Shown: positions 22,501 through 34,777, counted from the first letter of the stretch. The stretch: DNA of 64,000 bases from Macrostomum lignano (GCA_002269645.1 NIVC01001310.1:1-64000), one strand, 5' to 3'. The notes: generated from the sequence alone by a model not told the origin. Numbers and translations: made by a program.

Positions 22501-24238
22501 CCCCATCATTAGAGCTCTATTAGAAGCTAAATCACAGAAACTGAGCCAACTCCCCAAATCACCGGACGTGCCAGACAAGATCAGTAAGCATTATGCACTG
22601 ATGAAAATCGATAACGAATTATTAACAATTACTGAAGACGAAAAAACCAAAATTGTTTTGCCCCCATCCTTAGATAAAGCAGTCTTTACTGACCTTCACT
22701 GCAGCCCCCTCGCAGGACATCTAGGAAGAGATAAGACGCTCCAGAGAATAAGAGAAAGATTTTGGCGACCCGGACTAAGCACTTCAGTTGAGCAGTTAAT
22801 TGCTGAGTGCATCCCCTGCCTTGAGAGCAAGAAAGGACATTTTGTTCAGGCCCCAGTTCAGTCATTCCCCATTGGCGAAGCATTTAGCCGCCTGCACATA
22901 GATATCATCGGCCCAATCTCAAAAGAAAGCAAACGAGGTCACAAATATGTTTTAACAGTCGTTGACAGCACAACTAGATACCCCTTTGCTTTTCCTATTA
23001 GAAACCAAAAATCGGACACAGTCATCAAGATACTACTTGAACGAATAGTAGCAGAATATGGACAGCCCACCTGGATCCACACAGACAATGGAAAAACTTT
23101 TGCCAGCAAACAATTTAAAGCCTTCTGCGAACTCTATAATATTCGCCATACCTTTACTACCCCTTACCATGCCCAATCTAACGGATTAGTAGAACGTTTC
23201 AACAAGCAAATTAAATCGATTATCACCTGCTTGATCAATAAAGATCATGGTGATTGGGACTTACTAATTCCCGCAGCCCTAGTAGCCGTTCGCACCAGCC
23301 CCAATGCAACAACAGGATTCTCCCCGCATTTTTTATTATTTGGCAGAGAAGCTACTCTACCCTTAGATACTCAAATCAGAAGCGCAGCCGAACACGCTGA
23401 TTACCCCTCTTATATTACTAAACATGCCGAAAGATTAGAAGAAGCCCACAAGGTAGTAAAGAAGAAATTAGAAAAGGTAGTTGAAAAGAGACAGGCCGCC
23501 GCCGAAACCAATAAGCCTCCCCCGAGAGTCCCCATAGGTTGCCTTGCTTTAATTAACAATCCCCAATTAGACACGGAAGAATCTCATAAGTTTCATAGAA
23601 AGAAGCGATCAGCATTCCGAGTCACAGCTCAGATTTCCGAAGTTGTATTTAAGGTTCAGAAGGAAGAAAATGGCAAACTAATAGGCAGAGAAATGCTCGT
23701 ACATCGAGACAATCTAACTCCAATTCCAAATTCGACCGCAGAAGAAATCCCTAAGGAAGGCCAACAAGAGGTCCGCACTTCTGTTCCCGCTCCTAATTCC
23801 GCCCCTAGTTCCGCCCCCACTCCAAATCCCACTTCCGCTTCGACTAAACCCAAAAGACAACTCCCAATTAAGGAAGGCCAATCCCGCCAGAATCCCCATG
23901 AATTAATTGAGTCTGAAGAATCATCTGACGAAGACGAGATTAATTGGCGATGCCAAATAAGAGAAGAAGAAAATGAAGAAATGGGAGACAACGATGAAGC
24001 CCAGTCAAACAATGAAGATCAAACAGAGGAAGAAAATGAAGCTAATGAGTCAGAGAACGAAGCCCAGAATGAAGAGGCCCCTCAATCCCTACCCCCCTCT
24101 CCTGTCCCGCAAGACCCCGAGCCCGCACACACCCAACCCTACAATCTAAGGCGCCCAACCCAGGCCAGACAGAGATGCGACTGCCATCTAAAGCGCTTAT
24201 TGACAGCCCTCAGTCTGTTACGCAACCTCCAATTCTAG
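19577..24238 (+). CDS. pol: Gypsy Pol (protease, RT, RNase H, integrase); frame open from the slippery site at 19412
   Basis: FLLDTGA; YIDDII; LDTDASD...ELLA...TDH; H..HLG...C..C; LHIDIIGP/HTDNG/NGLVERFN; uninterrupted. Confidence 0.97.
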   Translation: MPVNNAIFVSPNNFSLLAFDDADDAMPNAPHDPHVYNSPHATASHVTNATKAHVHHASAPRVPTALAPHVPHASETNNALSSAETRSKKRRKPKPNSPSRIDLTKLEGYEAVIVGDIQKESIDFLLDTGARNNFLSRSTWSKLFRSDQIRDTSKSISTFDGTPVQLEGEVSAQVKFGDIQIEVDFLLCRHDCDNILGMEFFLSQCESIQLAKGMLVLNEGTCIPMQYTRLPVKVCRVYTQERAIIPANSALRIPVKLAKNCESNYGTPMTIEAIGDTVRTRDFSLEMVPTLVTMKEGKGIVEIINRHPVDVNLTKTSLIGLARPMKAKDLTYWQTPTPNPQPPAKVNQTQCTEDSWINEVSLGPELSDEQRKAVIDLMKENREAFSQNELDMGLTHLVTHEISIKDPTPVRIPARRIPPHLQKQVDAQLDDMLAKNLIRPCYSTYSTPLVIVPKKDGSIRIVSDFRVLNSRVNYYPYPLPNIQETFSHLTGSQYFSSLDLNSGYWQVPIKEEDKHRTAFSTLTRGQFEYQVMAQGLSNAPGTFQRLMNLVLLGIQHKFAMSYIDDIIAYSQNFADHLDHLREVFKRLIAAGLKLRPKKCNLFHHELKYLGHVIGRQGIQTDKTKIEAIQTWPRPKDVKELRSFLGLCNYYCRFVKNYAEVAHPLFQLTRKGVQNFQSKWSKVHDEAFESLKQRMMSTEVLAYPEYVEDENVKMVLDTDASDDRIGACLGQIQSDGIERPIAYFSRAMKESEKRYPITRKELLALVDAMRHFRFYLIGKKFLARTDHKAIIWLMRQTEATGILGRWIERLNEFRFDIEHRSGAKHSNADGLSRRPAEIAEAPEISPEAAPELAETAPEVPDAATESAEAIPETREASEENFERTEPIPEKVEKLTPVPLRDESAPAETKDNPMSQSPEALTESETQTECPESRTKLIVSGREVEAEKETGKCEKLLTDYLPSPLKKEQMLEAQAADPIIRALLEAKSQKLSQLPKSPDVPDKISKHYALMKIDNELLTITEDEKTKIVLPPSLDKAVFTDLHCSPLAGHLGRDKTLQRIRERFWRPGLSTSVEQLIAECIPCLESKKGHFVQAPVQSFPIGEAFSRLHIDIIGPISKESKRGHKYVLTVVDSTTRYPFAFPIRNQKSDTVIKILLERIVAEYGQPTWIHTDNGKTFASKQFKAFCELYNIRHTFTTPYHAQSNGLVERFNKQIKSIITCLINKDHGDWDLLIPAALVAVRTSPNATTGFSPHFLLFGREATLPLDTQIRSAAEHADYPSYITKHAERLEEAHKVVKKKLEKVVEKRQAAAETNKPPPRVPIGCLALINNPQLDTEESHKFHRKKRSAFRVTAQISEVVFKVQKEENGKLIGREMLVHRDNLTPIPNSTAEEIPKEGQQEVRTSVPAPNSAPSSAPTPNPTSASTKPKRQLPIKEGQSRQNPHELIESEESSDEDEINWRCQIREEENEEMGDNDEAQSNNEDQTEEENEANESENEAQNEEAPQSLPPSPVPQDPEPAHTQPYNLRRPTQARQRCDCHLKRLLTALSLLRNLQF

Positions 24239-24586
24239 CCCTCTCGCCGTCCCCGATTGCGTGACCAACCCCAAATTTTATACAGAGAAAGAACTCACCC
24301 AGGACACTGCCAATGTATAAGACCCCCTAAAAATATCGATCCAAACCGAAACTAGAGCCCAAAAAGACACGAAATCAGTATGAGTCACGAAAATGAGGAA
24401 TTTAGAAAAACCCAAGAACAAAGGGAATGATAAATAAATACTTCAGCTGAGATTGCACAACCAACAACCTTGCTCCCTAGCCTCCACCCGCAACAGCTAA
24501 TTGATTGAACTCCTATTTGCCTCCCACAACAGTTAATTGATTAAATTTCTTATCTGCCCACTATAACTATCTATCTTGATTGAGCC

Positions 24587-25456
24587 ATGACCAGCGAAGG
24601 AGAACTTAAGAGGCTACAGGACGAACTGAGTCTCAGCCCCAGCGAAGGCGAAATAGATAGCAGTAGCGATACTGAAAACGAGTTGCCAATCCCCGATCGC
24701 CAACGAACACGACCCAACCCCCCTGGCGCCAAGCCAAGACCGTTGTCTGTTGTTGTGCGTCCTTCACCGTCAACAGTATCAGGCAACAGAGTGCAACTTA
24801 TGAAGCAGTCGGCCGAGACCCCTATCTCCGCTTCCCCTGCCATCACGCAGCGCCAGCCAAAAGGCAGCAAGCCTACTATCACCCTTCCATTAAGCGAAAT
24901 CCCCAAGAAAGCCGTCAAGAATCGTCTGGGACCACGCCATTCCACCCCGGCTTCGCCGCAGCGCAATCCCGATCGACAGCCAAGGTCCCCTATCAGGCAG
25001 CCACCGCCATCTCCCAAGACCACGAAAGTCCAGCCCCAAGTCGCTATGTTAGAAGCTCCACCCCTCATGCAAGGAGTCTCTGAGACGAACCCGATAGAAG
25101 AAATCGGCGGTAACTACAGCAAATTGATTGCTGCCATGACGGAGTCAACTCGTGACAAATATCGTCGTCTGGTGGCCAACTTTCAACGATATCTAGTACA
25201 TGTCGGGCGTTTTCGCCTGGATGGTCACCCATTTCCTGTGCGCGAAGATCTGCGCCCCACAATTCAGGCTCTGCTGCACATCTCGACTGCTCACGCCATC
25301 GCCGCCTGGCAGCGCGCCGTCGCCTACTCGCTTCTGGAATTGAACCACGGCTGGGCCAACCGAGCCAACGTCCGCACCGAAACTCTATGGCTAGGCCTAG
25401 AGTGCGGATGGCCAACGGCTGACCGTCTTCCGACTGAAATGGTGCAATACCTATAA
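24587..25456 (+). CDS. Additional sense ORF3 of the gypsy element (289 aa, unknown function)
   Basis: Intact ORF with GCCATGA start between pol and the 3' LTR; S/P-rich N-half, globular-looking C-half. Confidence 0.75.
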   Translation: MTSEGELKRLQDELSLSPSEGEIDSSSDTENELPIPDRQRTRPNPPGAKPRPLSVVVRPSPSTVSGNRVQLMKQSAETPISASPAITQRQPKGSKPTITLPLSEIPKKAVKNRLGPRHSTPASPQRNPDRQPRSPIRQPPPSPKTTKVQPQVAMLEAPPLMQGVSETNPIEEIGGNYSKLIAAMTESTRDKYRRLVANFQRYLVHVGRFRLDGHPFPVREDLRPTIQALLHISTAHAIAAWQRAVAYSLLELNHGWANRANVRTETLWLGLECGWPTADRLPTEMVQYL

Positions 25457-25566
25457 GAACATTAACTCTGAAGCGTAATTTTCTTTAAACAAACATTATT
25501 ACTAGCATGAAAAAAAAATATTCACTTGTAACCTGCATTCATATTTTGTTTTTTAGGAAGGCCAGA

Positions 25567-26645
25567 TGTGCCAGTGCTATTTTTGTAAACTTTTTTACCA
25601 AGTCTGATATTTTTGTCGTTCATTTTGCCTTACTAATAACCAAGTTGCCTAAATACATTAGCTTTTCTCGTTTTTTACGTAAATTCATTGTTTTTGTCAT
25701 TATTAATTTTAGCATTATCAAGAAGTAAGTATACGTAAATAAATACCTGGTTTTATACTGTAACTTTGCTGCTAATAAATTCTTTTATATATTTTTGTTT
25801 AAAATTGTCCGCCATAGTTAGTAAAATTAGTATATATACGCGCAAATACACTTCAATTCTGCATGCTTCTGGTGCCTCCTCCTTTTGGCGATTGCTCCTA
25901 GCTAAGTCTGGAGTATGAACAGTTTGTTCTAAAAATAGAATTGATTCAGCCTTCAGTCCTCCTTTCTTTCCCCCATAACCCCATATTCCTTAGAAGCCCC
26001 GACCGTTTCTCCCCTCCCGGTGAACACCTCCTCTTTCCCCCCCCCCCTCGTTGAAAGAACTGTGTTCTCCCTTCCTTTCCCCAGTCAAGTGTACAGTCAG
26101 GCCTCCCTCCCTCTCCCGTTCCCCCCCCCCACGTGCACGCCGCCCAGTCGTAGCGCATATCTAGCGACTTACCCCAAGTCTTAGATATTCTCTTTCCCTA
26201 TCAGGCCCATTTCGTATCCCATGTCAGCATTCCCCATTAGATATTGACATGCCCCATTAGATACTGAAATTACCCATTAGTTATTGAAATTCCCCATTAG
26301 TGCGTTTACCCCAGGCAACTCTGATCCACCGCGTGCCCTCCCTCGGACTAATTCCAGTAAAATATAAATAGACAGTGTCTTGCCGCTCGGACACTCACGC
26401 CACCAGGAGCAACCATTGGCTTACTCCTATTAGTAATAAAACTAGCATATCTTTCAGAAATTCCAAGAATCCCATTAATTCCCCATAACAGATTTGGTGT
26501 CAGCATAGGAAAACTTCCCTCCCCCAAGACCCCTGTAACAGATTTTGGTAGCAACATTGTGATTAAACCACAGGCGAAAGTTTACCCTGTAACAGAATTT
26601 GGTGACAGCAGTGGGATTTTCTTAATAATAAACAGCCCTACAACA
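25567..26645 (+). repeat. 3' LTR, preceded by weak purine tract AGGAAGGCCAGA
   Basis: Direct repeat of 17291-18369. Confidence 0.97.
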
Positions 26646-26861
26646 AGAGCGAATACGAAGAGAAATATTCCTGATCACAGCTCGAAATGCTCAACGCGAC
26701 CGCCGTCCCGTGAATGCAATTCATGGAATTACTTTTACTAACAAGATCAGTCTGATTCAGTCAGTCTTTTAGGGTATTTCATCTTGGGCCTCTGGATGCT
26801 TTTTTAACTCAAAAATGTATCATTGCAAGAAATAATCGCTTGAAGGTTTTATAGACGGGAG

Positions 26862-27376
26862 TAGGGATTGTAATCCCGGGATCCCGGGATCCCGAAATCC
26901 CGGGATTGGGCCTAAATCCCGGGATTTCCAGACCCAGGATTCGAGACCCCAAATCCCGGGACTAATTTTTGTTAATATTTTTACAAAAAGTGCTGTAATA
27001 GAAACATAATTAGGCCCACAACTAGTTTATTATACTGCGCTAATTTCCGTTAATTGCCTCACCTCGTGTGGCACCTTTTTAAACCCCGCATTACAGATTT
27101 AAATGTGAAATTAAATTTTGATATGATTTGCTTCTTTACTACTAATTAGTACATTTATACTACTTACTTCAATCGGTCACAAGATAATGCTGTTTTTCAT
27201 CTTCAAATAGATCATTATCTCTATAACAATAAAAAAAGTAAGCAAAAAAGCGTTTAGCGCTTATTTTGCCTTAAAATTTCAACCTAGAAGCATAAAAATA
27301 TGTATTATTCTGATCCCGGGATTGGCCAAATTCCGGGATCCCGGGATCACAAAAATCCGGGATTTTGCAATCCCTA
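26862..27376. mobile_element. hAT-type MITE with CCCGGGAT-rich subterminal repeats
   Basis: TIR TAGGGATTG...CAATCCCTA; 8-bp TSD GACGGGAG (26854-26861, 27377-27384). Confidence 0.9.
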
Positions 27377-28836
27377 GACGGGAGACAGGATCGCTTCTAT
27401 CATGGATGGACACATATAGGACAGATTTCATGAAGCACTGGTAACTTCAAATAACTGCTGCTAGTCGTATTTTTGGTTTCATGGCGAACCTTAGCTGCAG
27501 CTAACTGCTGTGTCGTGGTTTCACGAGTGCTAGTGTACGCTCTGCGCGGTAATAAAGTACAGCTGGCTTGGTCGATGAATTCGTATAGCAATCTTATTAT
27601 TACGCAATACTCTCGTACCTATAAATATATTGAATTGAGCAGTCGGCTCATTTAAGCGCATCGTTTCGCTCCCCAAAACTAAATAGCTAGTCTGAGTCAT
27701 TACACATTGTAAACGCAAAGATGCAGCTAACAATGGTAGATTGTATACTATACAAGTGCATTGTATTTATACTTTCACTCAGCGCTCAGTCATTATTCCA
27801 CACTTTTTTCGCCGTCATTATTCCACACTTTTTATCATGCTTCAATTGGCTGTTTTAGGAGTTGTTTTACCCATAGACGACTGAGTTGTGTGGCTTAGTT
27901 TGACGATGGACAACACTGTGATGAGTGCTGATTTTGCTTGCGTCTTGCAAGAAATCAGGAAAGCGAGTAGTGGGAGAAAAAGCTATTTGTCTTGTCAAAC
28001 AACCGTGGCTGGTGCATCTCGTCAAACAGCCGCGCTTATTAATTGGAAAAATCTTCCTGTCGACGACTGAACGAACCGTGCGGCGCTACCTAGGAAGAAA
28101 ACGCGACCATGCAGTCTTCAACGCCTCGACGGCTATAAGCGATGCCTCAAAGCGGCTAATAGATTTAGTCGAGCAGCCGACAGTCCCAAAGAATCCCAGC
28201 TTGGATACTGCGGTACCAAAGAAGCCCATCAGACGAAGCTTATCAGTCGCAAGCCAACCAAGACGTGCATCTTTCAAATGGTAAGTTAGGCAACTATACT
28301 TAAGCACCTGTATTTCTCTTTATAGAAAACATTCAAAATAGACCAACTCCTTTTGCAGTGCCAAATCATCAGGCTAAAGTGTCGAGCATCTTTGGGAACT
28401 GCGGCTTTGAGAACTGCATGTTTCACTTTGGGTGACAAATTGATTTTCACATTGTCAAATTTCGATTACAAACTGATGAACTGCACTAGCTGTGACATTT
28501 ATTATGAACTCTTTTCGTGTAGCTGGTATACTTTAGTTTTAATGGTTTTTCCTTTTTGTTCATTTACTTCTAGTTGTTCTGTTTTATTAACAAAAATACT
28601 GTGCGATGATTTTTTCAATCCAAATGTCTATGGTACACATCAAAACTGTGGAATAATGGCCAAAATATTTTGTTATTGCGTCTGGGTAAAAGTATAATTA
28701 CAATGGGTTTTAAAATGTTTAGTCTATGGCTTAAAGTATAGGGTTGTCCGTAATGCTACCGGTTGGTTTCACAAGCATGAAAGCTCTGCTAAAATATCCG
28801 TTACCTTGATGGTGAAAACTTATATAGCATCCTAAA

Positions 28837-29121
28837 TACACTCAACATTAAAAAGTCGCCACCTTTGAGAGTGCTCAGTATATTCCAGCTCAGTATTGAC
28901 TTTTGAGTGACGCAACTTGCGCCACGCGACGCAGAGCTGGGCTGGGTGAGGGATTGGGAAGAGCGGAGGGCGAAGATTGGATAGATTGAAGCTTCCGCCC
29001 GGTTTTCATTGTTTTTTTCAAGCATTTTTCAATATCAAAATGGTTGGCCAGGTGATAGACGCTGGTCGAAAGACACTGCTCACTGGGGCAAAGGGTGGCG
29101 ACTTTTCAATGTTGCTGAGTA
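28837..29121. mobile_element. Second copy (opposite orientation) of the 15514-15769 MITE
   Basis: Shared TIRs and internal sequence. Confidence 0.8.
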
Positions 29122-29510
29122 TAGGTGGATAATAACATGGCACTGTCCATTTTCGATGCGCTGCATTTGCTCCAGGAGCATCCTCGTCAGAGGGAACTCA
29201 CGACTACGGCTCTTCTCTTTCCATCCCAAAAGATTTGTCTATGGCACTTCTTGAAACTATACTGCTAAGCAGATTAGCAGCTGTGGACATTAACAGCGGA
29301 TTATTCATCAGTTTGTTTATGAAACCTACATGTACGAGCTACTTTTGGCAGACTGTTAACCTCTACGCAGTTAATATAGCTGCTTGCTGCTAAGTGCAAG
29401 CTTACAATTGCTTCATGAAATCGGTCACTATGCATGCTCATTCATTTGGGGCTTGTCGTGCGATTCACAGCCACGAGGGCCAAGCCCCAAGGCACAGAAA
29501 CTGTACACGC

Positions 29511-30145
29511 TAGGGTTTGCAATCTGAATTGAATCCCGGGACTAAAATATGTTGGGATTTACCGGGATTGATAATCCCGGGATTATCCATGGCCGGGATT
29601 CGGGATCCCGGGATTAAAATCTGTGAACAGAAGGAACAGACACTTTCAATTTTAAATTTTAATCATGTATTTTTCAGATCCACTTCACTTTACAATGCAA
29701 TTTTTTAGAATATCGTTTAGTCATCCAAATAATGAAATGTGTGAATCGTAAAATTGTTTTCTAGGAATGAATTCAAAACTGTTTTGTATGAAAATTGAGG
29801 TCCCGAATCCCGGGACAAATATTCGTTATTATTTTTACATAAAGTGTTGAAATATGAACATAATTGGGTCCACAAGTACTGCGCTAATTTCCGTTACTTG
29901 CCTCACGTCGCGTGGCACCTTTTTTAAACCCCGCATCAGATTTAAATGTGAAAGTTATTCCAATTTAAATTTTGATATTTTATTTGCTTCTTTACTACTA
30001 ATTAGTACTTTTATACTACTTACTCAAATACGTCACAAGATAATGCTGTTTTTCATCTACAAATAGATTATTAACTCTATAACAGTCAAAAATGGAAGCA
30101 AAAAATGCTTAGCGCATATTTTGTCATAAAATTTCAACCCAGAAG
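29511..30145. mobile_element. Truncated relative of the 26862 hAT MITE
   Basis: Starts TAGGGTTTGCAATC; internal GCGCTAATTTCCGTTA...AATTTCAACC shared with 27030-27290. Confidence 0.75.
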
Positions 30146-31170
30146 CTTAGCACTCAGGAGTCAGCGGAACGGGCAGAATTGCCTCTACACCGGTTGTGGG
30201 ACGTTGTCGCCGAAGACGTTACGCCAGCTGACTAAAAAAAAAGTAGAAAAGCAAATTGTAAACAATTACCTGGCAAAACTTGGCGCACAGAGCACAGTTG
30301 TGGCAAAGCATTGATCATATAGAAGTATATATATATATATTATATTCATTCACTTCTGACAGGTATTTACCAAAACAATTTTAAATTTCACTACTATAGT
30401 ACATCAAGCGGTCTGCTCAGATCTAAGCTAAAACCAACTCGCAAACAATTGCAATAGATACAAGTTAAAGTGTCAGTGAAAAAAAAACTCGAAAGAGAAG
30501 TAAACCCAAGACGCGATGGCAATTCAAGAGTAAATTATTCGTTTTATGTTGAAACCCCTAAAAACAGGGACAAAAAGCTGGCTATGATTACTTAGTTGCA
30601 GTAGTAAAGCACAAAAATGTACAGACAATATTTACGAAGCTCACTGAAAAGAAACAGTAGAAAAGATGTTACTGAACTTTAAAACTAACACAAAAGGTTG
30701 AATATGTTATTTATAATTTGTTAATAAGATCAAAATGCAGGTTTTCGTTAAATTATCACTCATTTCACGCTGGTTTGCTTTATACAGTGTGTAAAATAAG
30801 CATTTTATAGTAGGGATTTAAGCCATTTACTAAATTTACATTAGAGATATAATTAGTGCAATACCCACAAACAAATGGCTTAATAGAATAAGTAATTCGT
30901 GATAATAATAAATAAGTAATACGTAATTACATCCCAATAATACACGTACAAGATCAATAAATTCGGCTCTCGCCAGAGCATGTTATAGGAATTTATGTAT
31001 GCGTATAAAAAGCACTAGGTTTACAGGTTTAGCTAGGTTAATCAGAATCGGGAGATGAGATGGGGATATTAAGTACACACACACGCAATTACTCATATAT
31101 ATATATATATATATATATATTTTTATATATATAGAATAGGTATATAGGCATACAGGTTAATCTGCAGCCG

Positions 31171-31227
31171 CTAAGACTGACTAAGCGTTGCTTGATTATT
31201 GGAATTGGAATTTTTGCTGCTTTTAGT

Positions 31228-31258
<31 letters not shown>

Positions 31259-31868
31259 GCAGGCGTAGAAGCAAACTGGGATTGAAGGCGCGGTATAAAA
31301 GGTTCACTATCCGGTCTGAGCACTGTTGTTGATGAAGCTGGAGACTGCTGCTGTTGCTTGCCGCTATTGCTGCTCACAGTTGCTGATGGGTCTGGCAGCA
31401 AATCTGGATTGGCTTCCAGCGCCTCGCTGCTGGGATAGTCGGGTCCGAGGATTCTCAACCGGGCTTCCGTGTAATCTGCCTGGCGCTCGGCTAAGGTGCG
31501 GGACAAGTGATGAGGCTGCTGCTGCTGCTGTTGAGACTGAGCCTGCGCCAGCAGATCCGATGCAGATGGGTGATGATGATGAGGCTGCGACTGCTGCTGC
31601 TGGCGACCCTGAGCATGGATTGGTTAGAGAGCAGCTGAGTGTCTGTCTTAGTTTCTTTCACCGCTTGTCAGTTAATAAGTCTCTTTCTGTCCACCTGCGA
31701 ATATCGAACCATTAAAAAGTGACGTGTATTAAATGAAATCTTGTTAATCATAGGCCTCACCTCTTGGCACATCTGGCTAGGTTGGCTAGAAGGCCGTTTC
31801 AGTATGCGAACCGGGCCCTGCGGCTGGAATCGCGATCCAGCAGAGCCGCTATTGTCCGTCTCTTGCTG
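31171..31868 (-). CDS. SZRD1: SUZ-domain protein (SZRD1-like); exons 31761-31868 and 31171-31608; first exon not located
   Basis: PVRILKRP and RTLAERQADYTEARLRILG match the SZRD1 SUZ motifs; phase-0 GT-AG intron with CTAAC branch point. Confidence 0.78.
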
Positions 31869-31934
31869 CTGCATTTGCAGAACAAAAACAAAAACTAATC
31901 AACTGAAAATAAATTCAGAGTAGTGAAAAAAGTC

Positions 31935-32552
31935 TGTTGGTTTCGCTGCGAGTGTACATGTAAGAGTGGTGGTGGAATCTTAAAGCCGGCAGAAGGGGGG
32001 TTGGTTTCCCTGCGAGTGTACATTTAAGAGTGGTAGTGGAATCTTGAAGCCGAGAAAAGGGGTTGGTTTCGCTGCGAGTGTACATTTAAAAGTGGTAGTG
32101 GAATCTTGAGAGAAGGGGGTTGGTTTCGCTGCGAGTTTACATTTAAGAATGGTGTGGAATCTTGAGAGAAGGGGGTTGGTTTCGCTGCGAGTGTACATTT
32201 AAGAGTGGAAGTGGAATCTTGGCCGAGAGAAGGGGGGTTGGTTTCGCTGCGAGTGTACATTTAAGAGTGGTAGTGGAATCTTGAAGCCGAGAGAAGGGGG
32301 TTGGTTTCGCTGCGAGTGTACATTAAAGTGGTAGTGGAATCTTGAGAGAATGGGGGTTGGTTTCGCTGCGAGTGTACATTTAAGAGTGGTGTGGAATCTT
32401 GAGAGAAGGGGGGTTGGTTTCGCTGAGAGTGTACATTTAAGAGTGGTGTGGAATCTTGAGAGAAGGGAGGTTGGTTTCGCTGCAAGTGTACATTTAAGAA
32501 TGGTGTGGAATCTTGAGAGAAAGGGGGTTGGTTTCGCTGCGAGTGTACATTT
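31935..32552. repeat. Tandem minisatellite, ~52-58-bp unit (GGGGTTGGTTTCGCTGCGAGTGTACATTTAAGAGTGGTAGTGGAATCTTGAGAGAA)
   Basis: Direct reading. Confidence 0.92.
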
Positions 32553-33544
32553 GTGTTATTTAGGCCAGGAAAGGGAAAGGGGGAGGAAAGGGGGGTTGGT
32601 CTCGTCGCGGGTGTGCAACTAATAAGGAAGTAATTCTCGGGATTCAATTTTTGCCTTACTATAAATAATTGAAAAGAACAAGAAACACTTTATTGGTAGA
32701 CAACCAAGCTGAATAAAGACGATATACATGCTATGTATTATTTCTAATTAAATTCATAAAAAAGGCAAAAGACGAGATAAGAATAAGCAATAGCAATTAA
32801 TTTTTCTTCAAAGAAGTAAAACTTCGTCATAATTTTAAAATCGCAGGGTCTAATTGCTTAGAATAACAAATGAAGCCATATGATAGATTAGAATAAAATT
32901 ATGCAAGATCAGTGCAAAACAGGGACGTATTAAATTGAGAATCAAACCAACCTTGCATCCAGTGTGTCGTCACAGCGTTTTGGCCTGTATTCATAAGCGT
33001 AGTAATGAAAAGCTAAAGCAGGTAGCAACACAGTGTACTGTAATTCAAGTCAAGATTTTATCTGCTTATAAAAAAGGTGGGCAGATTTGCAAGTTGTAGA
33101 CAGTAAACTTTAATAACATTGATGGTAAAGGGTTAAATACGGTCATAATATGATTTATAGTCAATAATAGCTGTGGTATAATATATAAGAAAAGGCTTCG
33201 TATAAGCAACGCAGACTGGCAACCTCGGTGAGACAAAATATGAACAGAAATAGTAATAAATACAAATGAAGACTAGATAATTCATTAATACGCTGCAGAC
33301 AACTTAAGCTTGTCTAGAGATAAATCCATGCAATAGACAGACAGACGCAATTAACAATAAAAATTTCGGTTAAAAAGATACCGATAAACTTGATAAAACG
33401 AAGCCTTCGAAATTCTATTGTACTAATAATAAACTGGGTTTATAAGCTTTCGGGATAGGAAAGAGAGTTATATAACTGTGTGTATATGTGCGTGTGTATA
33501 GTGAGTATAGGGAAATCCCTCGGTAGGGGTCGAGAGTCAAAGGA

Positions 33545-34078
33545 ATCATCCTGGGGGAGGTTGGTCGCGGTGTGTACATGTCAAGGGAATCCCTCTGTGA
33601 CGGTTGGTCGCGGTGTGTACATTGAGAGTCAAGGGAATCCCTCTGTGACGGTTGGTCGCGGTGTGTACATTGAGAGTCAAGGGAATCCCTCTGTGACGGT
33701 TGGTCGCGGTGTGTACATTGAGAGTCAAGGGAATCCCTCTGTGACGGTTGGTAGCGGTGTGTACATTGAGAGTCAAGGGAATCCCTCTGTGACGGTTGGT
33801 CGCGGTGTGTACATTGAGAGTCAAGGGAATCCCTCTGTGACGGTTGGTAGCGGTGTGTACATTGAGAGTCAAGGGAATCCCTCTGTGACGGTTGGTAGCG
33901 GTGTGTACATTGAGAGTCAAGGGAATCCCTCTGTGACGGTTGGTAGCGGTGTGTACATTGAGAGTCAAGGGAATCCCTCTGTGACGGTTGGTAGCGGTGT
34001 GTACATTGAGAGTCAAGGGAATCCCTCTGTGACGGTTGGTAGCGGTGTGTACATTGAGAGTCAAGGGAATCCCTATTT
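33545..34078. repeat. Tandem minisatellite, 48-bp unit (GGGAATCCCTCTGTGACGGTTGGTAGCGGTGTGTACATTGAGAGTCAA)
   Basis: About 11 near-perfect units. Confidence 0.96.
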
Positions 34079-34777
34079 GGTGTCTGTTCGCGGCTTGTAA
34101 ATTAATATTTCGCTATTTCCGGATCATTACGATCGTACCAGCGAACGTCTGGGAGACACCAACAAAATGTTATGGTTAAATTTTACAAATCGGGAATAAT
34201 AGGAGTGTCTAAGGTCTAATAGCAAAACAAGCACTCAAGCTCCCTTAAAACCGCGAAATCAATACTAATAAATTCAAACAGGACAAGCGAAACCCAATCT
34301 TTGCTTTGTCAAAGAGAATACAAATAGCTAGCGTAAAGGAGACCAATAGACAATCGACATTACAATAAAATAAGCAACGACGCTTTGACTTACTCAATTC
34401 AAGCAACATAAAAATTCACCAGAGTTCAATTGTATTACTGAATCTTCTATGCATTAAAGCTTTCTTTCAAGCCGATTCACATTACCGCCAGTAACTTCGC
34501 TGGTCAAAGGATTGCACAATTCAATTTACAGCTAGTTCAGACCATATAGACCCTACTGGTCTTAAATTACCAGTTACGAAAGCTAACACAACGCCTTGCA
34601 TTGAAGAGTGAATATCTATCTGTGTGCTAACCAAGGCCAACTTTGCTTAACTTTTGTATCCCTAAAAGTTGGAAAATAATAAGTCGTTTCTTTTGAAGAG
34701 GTCAGACTCTTGATAGACTTAATTTACGATTTGATAACAGTTTATACCAGTCTCAATTTCATCTGCAATTATTGAAC

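Larger units (their letters stand above)
17291..26645 (+). mobile_element. Full-length Ty3/gypsy LTR retrotransposon (~9.36 kb), recent insertion
   Basis: Two 1079-bp TG...CA LTRs (I saw one SNP, 17684 vs 25960); 4-bp TSD AGAG (17287-17290, 26646-26649); PBS; gag; pol in PR-RT-RH-IN order. Confidence 0.98.

Noticed and set aside
24587-25456. env annotation for gypsy ORF3
   Set aside because: No signal peptide, furin site or C-terminal transmembrane anchor
27900-28281. Possible plus-strand exon ending at a GTAAGT donor
   Set aside because: Needs a frameshift and has no recognisable homology
33480-34100. 206-aa and 172-aa repetitive ORFs
   Set aside because: By-product of the 48-bp stop-free repeat; no flanking gene structure
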